A DNA stretch of 63,885 bases, filler included, from Octopus bimaculoides (GCF_001194135.2; 8 parts of 7 records of this genome joined end to end with filler, not necessarily neighbours in it), one strand, 5' to 3'; shown: positions 50,671 through 62,962, numbered from the whole stretch's first letter. Made by a program: numbers and translations. Notes: generated from the sequence alone by a model not told the origin.

Positions 50671-51862
50671 AGGCCCCTCTTCCAGAATTCACTTGTCCAT
50701 GACGGCAATTACTCCTTTAGTACTGTTCTAACCTCATCTACTGAATACATATTTTTCCATCCAAATGATTTTGAAGAATGCAGAATAAATGATAATCAGA
50801 CGGGGCAATGTCCAGTGAATATGGTGGGTGGAACATCATTTCCCATTCAAACTGCTCCAGCCTTTTGCATGTTATCCTTGCTATATGTAGTCAAGCATTA
50901 TCCTGATGGAAGAACACTTTTTGTCTTGAAACCAAAGATGGNNNNNNNNNNNNNNNNNNNNNNNNNNNNNNNNNNNNNNNNNNNNNNNNNNNNNNNNNNN
51001 NNNNNNNNNNNNNNNNNNNNNNNNNNNNNNNNNNNNTAAAAGTTCAAAGTGGACTAAACCTTTCATATCCCACCAACCAGATAACACCTTATGTGGGTGA
51101 ACCTTCTTTAGCCTGGTGTGTCAGTGTTTCTCCTTTCCTGACACTGTCTTTGATGCTTGACATTTTTATAGTCAACCCATTTCTCATCACCAGTCACTAT
51201 TCAGTCCAAAAAAGGTTCATCTGTGAGACGTGACAGCAAAGAAGGGCTCACATTCACTCTCTGCATGCGATTAGACTAAGAAATTTTGTGAGGAACCCAT
51301 TCACCCAATTTGCTGACTTTTTGATGGCATGCAGGTGTCAATGAATGGTTGAATGACCAAATCCACGCTTCTCTGCTAGTTCTTCAACAGTTACGATGGG
51401 ATTTTGTTCCACTAGGNNNNNNNNNNCTCTGCTAGTTCTTCAACAGTTACGATGGGATTTTGTTCCACTAGGGTTTTGCAGGACGTTCTTGTCAAGCTCT
51501 ACAGATCTGCCATGATGAGGCTTGTCTTCTGGGCTGTAGTTTCCAGCTCAGAATTTCTGGAACCACAGTTGACATTGTCCAATCTCCATATACTGCACTA
51601 ATATTCCTGTTGTTATCTTTATTGAGCAAAATATGCAGAATATGTTCTTTTGCCTCTTCCGTTATAGCTTTGAAAAAATAACTGCTAAAATCGAACTGTG
51701 CTCTTCAAAATTTGCACTAAGAATAACACAAGATAAAATTACTACCTGCTTTTATAGCAAGTTGATGCAGGTAGTTTNNNNNNNNNNAGGTAGTTTATCC
51801 CATCCGCCTCCGACTTTTAGTTCATGCAATTGAAAAAGTACACTATTTATGGGATGACCCAA
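50671..51862 (-). mobile_element. Mariner (DD34D) transposon, defective
   Basis: Minus-strand translation gives CQLWFQKF*AGNYSPEDKP (HTH), LVEQNPIVTVEELAE, WVPH, IVTGDEKWV, GWWDMKGLVHFELL and HQDNA*LH...HPPYSLDIAPSDYHLF, with exactly 34 residues between D2 and D3. A TIR-like TTGGGTCATCCCATAAATAGTGTACTTTTT lies at 51833-51862. There are stops and frameshifts; the 3' TIR is in the gap. Confidence 0.93.
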
Positions 51863-52012
51863 GCATTAAGTTTGAGAAATGTTTGCAGGTTGTAGGTACT
51901 GTTTTGCTTATGNNNNNNNNNNNNNNNNNNNNNNNNNNNNNNNNNNNNNNNNNNNNTTAATTAATTAANNNNNNNNNNNNNNNNNNNNNNNNNNNNNNNN
52001 NNNNNNNNNNNN

Positions 52013-52047
<35 letters not shown>

Positions 52048-52130
52048 TACTGTATATATGCATGTATGTAAGCATGTATGTATGTATGTATGTATGTATG
52101 TATGTATGTATGTATGCGTGTGTTTGAAGA

Positions 52131-52300
52131 GGCGAGCCGACACATTCGTTAGCACGCCGGACAAAAGGTTTAGCGGCATTTCTTCCGGCTCTTCCCTTTC
52201 TGAGTTCATATCCCTTCGAGATCGATAAGATAAAGTACTAGTCAAATATTGGGAGTCGATGTAATTCATTGTGCCCCTTCCTTCAAAATTGTTTGCCTTA
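52131..52300 (+). mobile_element. SINE family C, old
   Basis: ggcgagccgacacattcgttagcacgccggac...ttctgagttca..gataagataaagtactag. Confidence 0.65.
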
Positions 52301-52406
52301 AACCGTACAACAGACCAGCGTTGCGATCTTGACCACTTCAAAGCCATGAAAACTGGATAGCTGGTACTATAAGCCCTCGGACTTAATAAAAAATAAAAGA
52401 AAATCA

Positions 52407-52657
52407 GGCGCAGGGGTAACTGTGTGGTGCCCAGTTCAATCCTACTGTATGGCAAGTGTCTTCTACTATAGCCATTTGAAAACCGGTGTTGGTGTGTTTA
52501 CGTCCCCGTAACGTAGCGGTTCGTTAAATGAGATCAACAGAATAAGTACTAAGCTTGAAAAATAAGTACTGAGCTCGATTCATTCACCTAAAAATTCAAC
52601 GCTTTGCCCCAGCACGGCCGCAGTCTAATGACTGAAACAAGTAAAAGATAAAAGATA
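52407..52657 (+). mobile_element. Composite SINE A+B with an internal deletion
   Basis: A head/body up to cttctactatagcc is joined directly to B (aaccggtgttggtgtgtttacgtccccgtaac). Confidence 0.75.
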
Positions 52658-52687
52658 CGTGTGTGTTCATATTTATATATTCAAAAA

Positions 52688-53010
52688 CTGGCACTCCGTC
52701 GGTTACGACGACGTGAGTTCCAGTTGATCCGATCAACGGAAGAGCCCGCTCGTGTAATTAACATACAAGTGGTTGAGGACTCTATGGATATGCGTACCCT
52801 TACGTAGTTGTTAAGAATATTCAGCGAAATACAGAATGTGACAAGGCTGGTCCATTTGTAATTACAGGTACAATACATTTTTGCCATTTGAGTGGACTGG
52901 ACGAATGTGAAAGAAAGTGACTTGCCCAAGGACAAAACGCGCACCACCGGGATTCGAATACACATCCTTACGACCGTAAGCCGAATTGCCTAACCAGGAA
53001 GTCACGGGCC
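52688..53010 (-). mobile_element. SINE family D, near full length
   Basis: Reverse-complement homolog of 9171-9694 without the MITE. Confidence 0.8.
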
Positions 53011-53880
53011 TTCGCTGGCAATAAAGAGGCACCGTGCAACGGCGATTCTGTAAACTAAGTTGCAATGACCCGATGGGGAGCATTGTTAGTTCTATAAAAA
53101 TATTTTAGAAGTTCGTACTATCCACGGATCAGCTAATTCACTCTAATCTGTGAATTATCGTATAAAATCCACAATAGAGAAAGGGGAAAAGATGAGCGTC
53201 TTTATTACTAATCTGTAAAATTTCTATTTAGAAAGCTTTTGGGTTTTTTTTTTTTTTCTTGGCTTTTTTTTTCTTTTTTTTTTTCTTGGCTTTTTTTTTG
53301 GAGTGGAGATTGTCTTGGCTTTGTGTTGCTTTTCTATAATCCGATGATTCTTTGAATCTAAGCTTGTACTTCTGTTTCGAAGTATTTATTTTCTAAATGG
53401 TAAGTTATTTGCTAAAGTATCATTGTAATTATTAATATAACACCTTTCGTTCTTAATCCTGTGAAAATTCCGAAAGTACATTTAAACCTTGTTTCCACCC
53501 ACAGCTTAGATAGACACAGCTATTCCTTTCTATCTATCTCTTTCTATTTATCTCTTTCTCTGTATCTATCTATATCTGTCGCTATCTCTCTATCTCTCTC
53601 CTCTGTAACATCTTTCGTGTACCGCAACTGAGGACAAAGAAATGAAACTTGAGAAGGTGTAAGTGCATTCTCGCGACCTTATGCGTACCTAAAATGAAAG
53701 CAATGGCGTCGTGCATGAGAAAGAAAGAAATTTCCAGTAAACATGCAGCACTCAAATGCGAATGAAAATCGAGTGGGCGTTACAGAGTGTATCGAATAAA
53801 ATAAGGTTTTATCTTTAATATTACGAGGGTCAATTTGTTCCAAGGTTTCTTCTCCTTAATATCAGTGGTGGCATTAAGGG

Positions 53881-54305
53881 GGCGAGCTGGCAGAATCATT
53901 AGCAAGCCCAGCAAAAAATGCTTAGGAGCATTTCGTTCGTTTTTACGTTCTCAGTTCAAATTCCACCGAAGTTGACTTTGTCTTTCATTCTTCCGGTGGG
54001 TCGATAAAATAAGTACCAGTGGGATCTTTGTAATAGACTTATCCCTTCTCTCGAGATTGCTGGCCTTGTGCCAATATTTGAAACCAACATAAGTAATGAC
54101 GTTAATGAGACGAGCTGGCAGGATGGTTAGCACGTTGGGTTTTAATGCTCAGCACCTTGACGTTCTGAGTTCAAATGTCGCCAGGGTCGACTTTGCCTTT
54201 CATCCTTTCGGTGTCCATAAAATACGTACCAGTTGAGCACTGGGTCGATGTAATCGACTTGCACCCTCCCCCACAATTTCTGGCCCTGTGCCAGAATTTG
54301 AAATC
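53881..54305 (+). mobile_element. Two tandem family C2 SINEs (53881-54086, 54109-54305)
   Basis: Each has a (g/a)cgagctggcag head, a gttcaaat B-box, the core and a ggcc(t/c)tgtgcc tail. Confidence 0.8.
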
Positions 54306-54351
54306 AAAATTTAGTGGTGACATTCACCATTAATATTAGTGATTAAAGGTA

Positions 54352-54500
54352 AAATTACCTTCTCGGGTCTTGCTGACTCATAAGGGCCGTTTTCCCGGTT
54401 TCATGGCGTCTGAATTCCCCACCCGGACAGGACGACGGTCCGTCGCAGGGTTGCTCAGTTTTGCCAGCTGAGCGGACTGGAGCAACGAGAAATTAAGTGT
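54352..54500 (-). mobile_element. SINE family D, partial
   Basis: gccagctgagcggactggagcaacgagaaattaagtgt plus a tail similar to 23460-23560. Confidence 0.7.
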
Positions 54501-55989
54501 CCGGGGAGATATATCTGTGTGTGTGTGTGTGTCTATATTTCTGCACCTAAAGTTATTTCACCGTAACGTATATACATATATATACACATACATACATATA
54601 TGTGTACACACATTACACGCACACGCAAATTTACACACCGGCCGACACACACACACACACACATACACACACATACATACATACATGTATACAGAGAAAG
54701 TGATAAAGAGGGACTTGTCTTTGTCAGAAGGGAGGGGAAACAGACGTAGGAAGAGAAGGAGAAGGAGGAAAAGGAGGAGAATGAGGAGAAGGAGGAGAAG
54801 GAGGAGGGCGAGGGAGGAGAGGGAGAGGAGGAAGAGGAGAAAGAGATGGAAAAGGAAGAATAGATAGATAGATATTCCACATGTAGTGTATATATATATA
54901 TATATATATATATATNNNNNNNNNNNNNNNNNNNNNNNNNNNNNNNNNNNNNNNNNNNNNNNNNNNNNNNNNNNNNNNNNNNNNNNNNNNNNNNNNNNNN
55001 NNNNNNNNNNNNNNNNNNNNNNNNNNNNNNNNNNNNNNNNNNNNNNNNNNNNNNNNNNNNNNNNNNNNNNNNNNNNNNNNNNNNNNNNNNNNNNNNNNNN
55101 NNNNNNNNNNNNNNNNNNNNNNNNNNNNNNNNNNNNNNNNNNNNNNNNNNNNNNNNNNNNNNNNNNNNNNNNNNNNNNNNNNNNNNNNNNNNNNNNNNNN
55201 NNNNNNNNNNNNNNNNNNNNNNNNNNNNNNNNNNNNNNNNNNNNNNNNNNNNNNNNNNNNNNNNNNNNNNNNNNNNNNNNNNNNNNNNNNNNNNNNNNNN
55301 NNNNNNNNNNNNNNNNNNNNNNNNNNNNNNNNNNNNNNNNNNNNNNNNNNNNNNNNNNNNNNNNNNNNNNNNNNNNNNNNNNNNNNNNNNNNNNNNNNNN
55401 NNNNNNNNNNNNNNNNNNNNNNNNNNNNNNNNNNNNNNNNNNNNNNNNNNNNNNNNNNNNNNNNNNNNNNNNNNNNNNNNNNNNNNNNNNNNNNNNNNNN
55501 NNNNNNNNNNNNNNNNNNNNNNNNNNNNNNNNNNNNNNNNNNNNNNNNNNNNNNNNNNNNNNNNNNNNNNNNNNNNNNNNNNNNNNNNNNNNNNNNNNNN
55601 NNNNNNNNNNNNNNNNNNNNNNNNNNNNNNNNNNNNNNNNNNNNNNNNNNNNNNNNNNNNNNNNNNNNNNNNNNNNNNNNNNNNNNNNNNNNNNNNNNNN
55701 CAACCTTCAAAGAAATCCGGAGTGGAGCACCGTAGGCGGTTTAGTGTTCGACTCGACACTCTTCCGGCAGCTCCTGCAACCAAGCTGGTGCCAAACGTAA
55801 TGCTCTGCACTCCTTTGGACTACGACAGCAAGGTCGAGAGAGGAATCCTGACGATTGGGCTACCCAGGATTTTCTTACATCTAGCCCAGGCCTGCGCAAA
55901 ACTGGAGAGGAAACTGGAGAGGACAGGAAATGTAAAAACCAGACTGGATTAGTTTATGCGCAACTCCATTGTCTCCCGAGACAAAAGGA

Positions 55990-57960
55990 TGCTAACAACA
56001 AATACTAGAAAAGAAAATGGTGAAAGAAAGGGCCCACGAGAAGCATTTCTTCCTAAAGTCCGTGAATCTAGTCAAACGATATCAAGAATGATGAATCTAC
56101 GAATCAACGAACGAACGAACCAGTGTGACAAAGAATCTATGAATCAAAGAACGAAAAACCAACGAAATAACAAACTTACAATATAAGGACCAATGAAACA
56201 AAGAACGAATGGACCAACAAAATGATCCAAGGACCAAAGAAAAAAAAAAGAGAAAACGAAATGACAAATCGTCGATTAAACGAACTAGTGAACCAAAGAA
56301 CGAACGATTCAATGAGATGATGGATATACGAATCAACGAAACAGACGAACGAACAATGTGTACACACGTAGGAAGAGAAGAAGGAGGAAAAAGAGGAGAT
56401 TCAATAAATTAAAGGATAATCGAAATATGGCCAAAACGAATGAAGTAATCAACAAACCAAGGAGTTTAAAGAGCAAACGAAACGACAAACAAACCACGAA
56501 TCAAGGAATCAATGAATAAACGATTCACTGAACTAACGGAGCAACGAAAAGGCAGACCTACGACTGAACGAAATAACGAATTAAAAAACAAAGGAAACGA
56601 CGTAAGGGTGGATCTCAGAATCAACGAAGCAAAGGCACAAGGAACAAACGAACCAATTTGAAGCCGAACAAATGGACTAAATTTGTTCGAATTCAATGGA
56701 CTAAAGATCCGAAAACAATCGAGTGAACAAGACTAGAAACCAAAGAATCAACCAATCAAAAAAACAACAAAGAGCAAACGGACCAAGATGACAACCTTGA
56801 AACAATGAAGCGCGGAAACGGCGAAAGAATCAACGAAATAATGAAATAACGGATCAAAGAACATAGAAACTAGGGAGACAACAATCCAAAGAATCAACGA
56901 AATAATGAAATAACGGATCAAAGAACATAGAAACTAGGGAGACAACAATCCAAAGAATCAACGAAATAATGAAATAACGGATCAAAGAACATAGAAACTA
57001 GGGAGACAACNNNNNNNNNNNNNNNNNNNNNNNNNNNNNNNNNNNNNNNNNNNNNNNNNNNNNNNNNNNNNNNNNNNNNNNNNNNNNNNNNNNNNNNNNN
57101 NNNNNNNNNNNNNNNNNNNNNNNNNNNNNNNNNNNNNNNNNNNNNNNNNNNNNNNNNNNNNNNNNNNNNNNNNNNNNNNNNNNNNNNNNNNNNNNNNNNN
57201 NNNNNNNNNNNNNNNNNNNNNNNNNNNNNNNNNNNNNNNNNNNNNNNNNNNNNNNNNNNNNNNNNNNNNNNNNNNNNNNNNNNNNNNNNNGAAAGAATCA
57301 ACGAAATAATGAAATAACGGATCAAAGAACATAGAAACTAGGGAGACAACAATCCAAAGAATCAACGAAATAATGAAATAACGGATCAAAGAACATAGAA
57401 ACTAGGGAGACAACATTCCAAAGAATCAACGAAGCAATGACAGAAGGAACCTGAAAATTACCGGATCAGAGATACAAAGAACAAACGAATCAGTGAGACG
57501 ACAAATTGAAGAATCAACCAACTGGAGAAAAAGCAAACGAACGAGAAGACGGATCTACGAATCAAGGAACAAAGGAACTAACAGGTCAACAAGGCTAAGA
57601 ATCAAAGAAACAACGGACCAGAGATCAAACGAACAAAGGAAAGCGCGAAATTAAGTATTAACGAATCAACAACCCCTCTCCACCAAAAAAGAAATGGACC
57701 AACGAGACCACAAATCTACAAATCCACGAACCAATAAGCCAAAAAGAATCTGTGAAACAATGAACCAAACAAGGGAACCAATGAGACGACAAACTTAGGA
57801 ATCAAGGTCTTAACAGGTAAAAGACCAAGCATAACAAAGAGAAGATGCCCTTAAGAGTCAACGTATTAAAGACCTAAAGAAGAATGGAAGCAAAGGGACG
57901 ACAAACTAAGGAGTCATCAAACCACGAAACGAAGACCAAACACACCTAAGAGACAACGAC
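55990..57960 (+). repeat. A-rich decayed satellite
   Basis: About 2 kb of strongly A-rich, T-poor sequence with recurrent GAATCAAC/GAATCAAG and GAGACGACAAA motifs related to the 64-bp unit. Confidence 0.7.
56824..57419 (+). repeat. 64-bp minisatellite spanning a gap
   Basis: Unit AAAGAATCAACGAAATAATGAAATAACGGATCAAAGAACATAGAAACTAGGGAGACAACAATCC at 56824, 56888, 56952 (partial), 57292 and 57356. Confidence 0.95.
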
Positions 57961-58220
57961 AAAATTATAGCAGTCTTGAAATAGCCTTTATACGCATGTA
58001 GGTATGTTTGTGTGAGCGTGTGTATATATGCTATTATTTTCGCATGGACACACACACATGCGCACACGCACACATATACTCACAACACACACACCCACAC
58101 ACCCACACACACCCACACACACACCCACACACATACCTACACACACCCACACACATACATATACATGTTATCTATACATATTCATATACATATATATATT
58201 TATATATCTATATCTATCTA

Positions 58221-58263
<43 letters not shown>

Positions 58264-59159
58264 NNNNNNNNNNNNNNNNNNNNNNNNNNNNNNNNNNNNN
58301 NNNNNNNNNNNNNNNNNNNNNNNNNNNNNNNNNNNNNNNNNNNNNNNNNNNNNNNNNNNNNNNNNNNNNNNNNNNNNNNNNNNNNNNNNNNNNNNNNNNN
58401 NNNNNNNNNNNNNNNNNNNNNNNNNNNNNNNNNNNNNNNNNNNNNNNNNNNNNNNNNNNNNNNNNNNNNNNNNNNNNNNNNNNNNNNNNNNNNNNNNNNN
58501 NNNNNNNNNNNNNNNNNNNNNNNNNNNNNNNNNNNNNNNNNNNNNNNNNNNNNNNNNNNNNNNNNNNNNNNNNNNNNNNNNNNNNNNNNNNNNNNNNNNN
58601 NNNNNNNNNNNNNNNNNNNNNNNNNNNNNNNNNNNNNNNNNNNNNNNNNNNNNNNNNNNNNNNNNNNNNNNNNNNNNNNNNNNNNNNNNNNNNNNNNNNN
58701 NNNNNNNNNGAGGAGGAGGAGGAGGAGGAGGAGGAGGAGTGAATAGCGTCATCATCATCGCCATAACTCCTATATCGTACGATTAACTAAGCCACATGAC
58801 TTCCATCGAAATGAATACGTTTTGTGTTGGTTTCTACACAAGCTCTAATGGCCAGTATAACATACATACATACATACATACAACATACATTCAATATATA
58901 CACACACATATACATTAACGCATACATACCTATATGTACAAATACATATTAACTTTCGTACGTATGGATGTATGTAACATATATGTGTATGTATATAACG
59001 TACTTAGATACGTATATAGATATATACGTGCATATATACATATGTATTCATATATATATNNNNNNNNNNNNNNNNNNNNNNNNNNNNNNNNNNNNNNNNN
59101 NNNTTAATTAATTAANNNNNNNNNNNNNNNNNNNNNNNNNNNNNNNNNNNNNNNNNNNN

Positions 59160-59588
59160 GGCTGTGTGGTAAGTAGCTTGCTTACCAGCCACATGGTTCC
59201 GGGTTCAGTTCCACTGCGTGGCACCTTGGGCAAGTGTCTTCTACTCTAGCCTCCGGCCGACCAAAGCCTTGTGAGTTGATTTGGTAGACGGGAACTCAAA
59301 AAAGCTTGTCGTATATATGTATATATGTATATATATATATATATATATATGCATGTGTATGTGTTTGTGTGTCTGTGTTTGTCCCCCCCCCCAACATCGC
59401 TCGACAACCAATGCTGGTGTGTTTACGTCCCCGTAACATTAGCGGTTCGGCATAAATGAGACCGATAGAATAAGTACTAGGCTTCCAAAGAATAAGTCCC
59501 GAGGTCGATTTGCTCGACGAAAGGGAGTGTTCCAGCATGGCCACAGTCAAATGACTGAAACAAGTAAAAGAGAAAAGAGTAAAAGAGT
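59160..59588 (+). mobile_element. Composite SINE A-(TA/TG)n-B, young reference copy
   Basis: gctgtgtggtaagtagcttgc..gggttcagttcc..ttgggcaagtgtcttctact..ttggtagacgg, then a microsatellite, then catcgctcgacaacc..gactgaaacaagtaaaagag. Confidence 0.9.
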
Positions 59589-59601
59589 ATATGTATGTAT
59601 A

Positions 59602-60207
59602 CAGGGTGGCCATGAAGTCACGCAGTAAGCCTGCAATATGTGAAATTGCTAACATCCTCTTTTTTTTTTCATCTCCTTTCACAACTGCCGATATTACTGA
59701 CAAACCCATCCTCATTGGATGCAGGCAGACAATCAACAAGGTGGGGGCAAGGTAATGGTGTGATGTGGGATTTGGCACAATCAAGTAATTGGACCATTTT
59801 ATTTTGAGGTCTCTGTGACAGATAATTCGTATCTGAGCATGCTTGGCGACAAGATGGTGCCCCACGTGCATTCACTTGAAAGGAGAACTCCTGTCTGGTT
59901 TTCAGCGGGATGAGACTACACCCCTTTATGCGTTCATTACAGGTTCGGGATTTTCTGAATGAAGATTTTCCAAGGAGATGGCTAGGGCGTCGCGGGCCAA
60001 TCGAATGGGCACCACGGTCACCAGAATTTAACTCCCATGAACTTTTCTTCTGAGACTACTTTCTGGCAGAGTGAATTGCGTCATGGTGCTGCTTTTCTCA
60101 CAAACGGTGCCCAACTGACCCTACTGTACTATGTTGTCAGCAAAAATCACAAACAAACAATGCACATGCGCGAAATTAAAAATATAAAATTTACTCATCG
60201 CACCCTG
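59602..60207 (+). mobile_element. Internally deleted Tc1/mariner element with a DD41D-type transposase remnant
   Basis: TA-CAGGGTG...CACCCTG-TA termini. 59900-60060 translates, after repairing small indels, as FQRDETTPLYALQVRDFLNEDFPRRWLGRRGPIEWAPRSPDLTPMNF, matching QDGAPPHYxxxVRxxLNxxFPxRWIGRxGPxxWPPRSPDLTPLDF with 41-residue D2-D3 spacing. Confidence 0.8.
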
Positions 60208-60331
60208 TATGTAAATATATATATATATATANNNNNNNNNNNNNNNNNNNNNNNNNNNNNNNNNNNNNNNNNNNNTTAATTAATTAANNNNNNNNNNNNN
60301 NNNNNNNNNNNNNNNNNNNNNNNNNNNNNNN

Positions 60332-60366
<35 letters not shown>

Positions 60367-60700
60367 AACACATATTCATGCAACCCTCTTTCTTAATCTA
60401 TCTTTCTCCTTTGTTTTATCAATCAGTCTATCTGTATGTGTATGTATTTGTACATATGTGCGTAATGTATGCTTACACATACATACGCACACACACACAC
60501 ACATATATAGATGTGCTGATAAATAGATAAATAGATATACATTCAGTCATACATACATGAAAATGACAGGTTTATCAGTGCAACAAGAGGAGCAGGAGAT
60601 AAAGATGAAGACGAGTTGTCGGACAAGCCACCCACACCACAATGAATGGAAGTTGCGTATATTGGTGATGGCGGTGGTGATGATGATGATGATGGTGATA

Positions 60701-60765
<65 letters not shown>

Positions 60766-61055
60766 CACACACACATACACACACACAGATGCACACACAC
60801 ACATCACATATATATTCACACAAATACATTATATTTTCTTACATGCCAAGACAGATTTATAGAATCAACACGAATAAAATTTACATCATTGTGTTTGTTT
60901 GTTTCACTGCACATTCCAATTTGAGAAATTGGCTAATTGCCATTGTAATCTTCAGTTTTAAGAAGAAGATTGAGTTCCTTGTATTTTACTGACGGATTTT
61001 CTCATACACCCTTCTTTTTACAAGGCTGCATACGAATACTACACACACACACAAG

Positions 61056-61320
61056 CGTGGTTGTGTGGTAAGAAGCTTGCTTCCCAACCACATGGTTCTA
61101 GTTTCAGTCCCACGTATATGTGTGTGTGTGTCTTCCCACAAACATTGCTTGACAACTGACAGTGGTGTGTTTACATCCCCATAACTTAGCAGTGCGGCAA
61201 AAGAGACCGATAGAATAAGTACTCGGTTTACAAAGAATAAGTCCCGGGGTTGGTTTGTTCGACTAAAATACGGTGCCCCAGCATGGCCACAGTCAAATGA
61301 CTGAAACAAGTAAAAGAATA
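61056..61320 (+). mobile_element. Composite SINE A(head)+B with an internal deletion
   Basis: gttgtgtggtaagaagcttgcttcccaaccacatgg, a short (TG)n, then the complete B module. Confidence 0.8.
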
Positions 61321-62098
61321 TGTGTGGGTGTGTTAGATGGATAGATATGTGAGATAAAATTTTATGGCAGGATGCACTTCCTGTTGCCAACTCTTATATA
61401 TGTGTGTGTGTGTATACATGTGTGTGCACACATGTACACACACTCACAAACATATTGTAGTATACTATGAACTCTTGTGTTTTACAGTAAAAAATTAAAT
61501 TTCATTTGAACTTTGTTTACGTTTTTATTAATATTCATTTATTTGTTTAATAATATTGTTTATTCATTAAAAAGAAAATTATGCACACTAAATTAGTAAC
61601 CCTATTTTTTTTTCATTATGAATTTCTTAAAATAAATTGAATAAATATTTCATTAGAATAATTAACGGAATGAATCCTGCGCTATACATTTTCAGAATAT
61701 TGAGTCATTGAGTCTCTGCAAAATTTGGACTATATATTATTATCCAGCAGCCCCACCCCGCACCCCAGATTCTATATATACCCAGGTTTTCACCACTCAC
61801 CCCTCCCCCACATATGCATTTTTTAAATCATACTTCCTTCGCAATACCCTGCCATTTATATTACAGAATTCGGACCTCAAGGGTATGCCCTGGCACTTGA
61901 TACCGTCTATATCTCTCTCTTTTTTTTACTCAACCATCCTATTTATATTCTGATCCGTGACCTTTGAGGGTATGCCCAGCACTTTGTCACCATCTCTACC
62001 TTGCTGTCTCCCCTATCTCTCTCTCTCCTGTACTTCCCTCAGGTTGGGTAGCCACATATTTCCTTTGCAGCAGCTCACCTGTTTCTGTCTTCCTTCCT

Positions 62099-62140
<42 letters not shown>

Positions 62141-62270
62141 GATAACCTTGTACCTCATCTTCTTTCTCTTTGCCACACTATAACCTTTCATCATCCGACA
62201 CAAGAGCACTTCCTCCAATGTCCCACCTCTCTCAAAAGAGGTTTTTTTTTTCATTTTGTCTTGGCAAGTA

Positions 62271-62368
62271 CTTGGTGACCCTGTCAGTGCAGGTGTCACT
62301 TAAAAAGCACCCAGTCCACAACTGTAAAGTGGTTGGCATTTGGAAGGGTATCTAGCTGTAAAAACCTT
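62271..62368 (+). mobile_element. Fragment of a further SINE/LINE 3'-tail family
   Basis: aaaaagcacccagtccac..gtaaagtggttggcatttggaagggtatctagctgtaaaaacc resembles the RTE-associated tail agtggttggcgttaggaagggcatccagc, recalled from memory. 22010-22057 (catcatcgtttaacgtccgctttccatgctagcatgggttgg) is probably the far 3' end of the same family on the minus strand. Confidence 0.45.
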
Positions 62369-62506
62369 NNNNNNNNNNNNNNNNNNNNNNNNNNNNNNNN
62401 NNNNNNNNNNNNTTAATTAATTAANNNNNNNNNNNNNNNNNNNNNNNNNNNNNNNNNNNNNNNNNNNNCATAAGGTCTCATATTAAAACTTTTTTTTTTT
62501 TTTCAG

Positions 62507-62804
62507 ATACCTCTGGGCAAAGCAACATAGTGAGTTCGTCCTCAATGACCGAAACTTACAAATCATTTCTTAGTTGCACAGAAGCTCAAAAGCAATATAC
62601 TTGCGGCGTACTGATCACGATCATTCTCGGTGCACTATGGGTCGGTTTCACCCAGTTTTCCAAGAATACCTACACAGAGTCTTTCACAGCTCCATTGATC
62701 GTCGTGTATTTCCACACGTCTTGGCTGGTGGTTTTCTATCCGGTTTATATTACAGTCGTTTTCATTGTAGCCCGTGGTTCTATACAGCTGAAGCAGTTAT
62801 ACAG
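62507..62804 (+). CDS. SLC35F3: Internal coding exon of an SLC35F3/SLC35F4-like (EamA/DMT superfamily) transporter; N-terminal TM1-TM2
   Basis: Seen: strong acceptor (poly-T, cag at 62504-62506), donor AG|GTAAGT at 62805, and a 298-nt open frame (phase 1 in, phase 2 out) encoding TSGQSNIVSSSSMTETYKSFLSCTEAQKQYTCGVLITIILGALWVGFTQFSKNTYTESFTAPLIVVYFHTSWLVVFYPVYITVVFIVARGSIQLKQLY. Knowledge: WVGxTQxxKxTY...xP...W...F(Y/F)PVY matches the vertebrate SLC35F3/F4 pattern, not F5. The invertebrate gene is probably co-orthologous to F3 and F4. Confidence 0.82.
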
Positions 62805-62888
62805 GTAAGTAGTCAAAAAGACATAATTCATTAGTCAATCTGACAGAAAATAGTACCATGTCACGCAAAACACACGCACACGCACACA

Positions 62889-62962
<74 letters not shown>

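Noticed and set aside
51367-51472. Direct repeat of about 48 bp inside the mariner (also AGGTAGTTT at 51769/51788)
   Set aside because: The copies flank 10-N gaps, so they are unmerged contig overlaps.
56824-57419. 64-bp array as a CRISPR-like locus
   Set aside because: Units are head-to-tail and identical, with no unique spacers and no cas genes, in a eukaryotic context.
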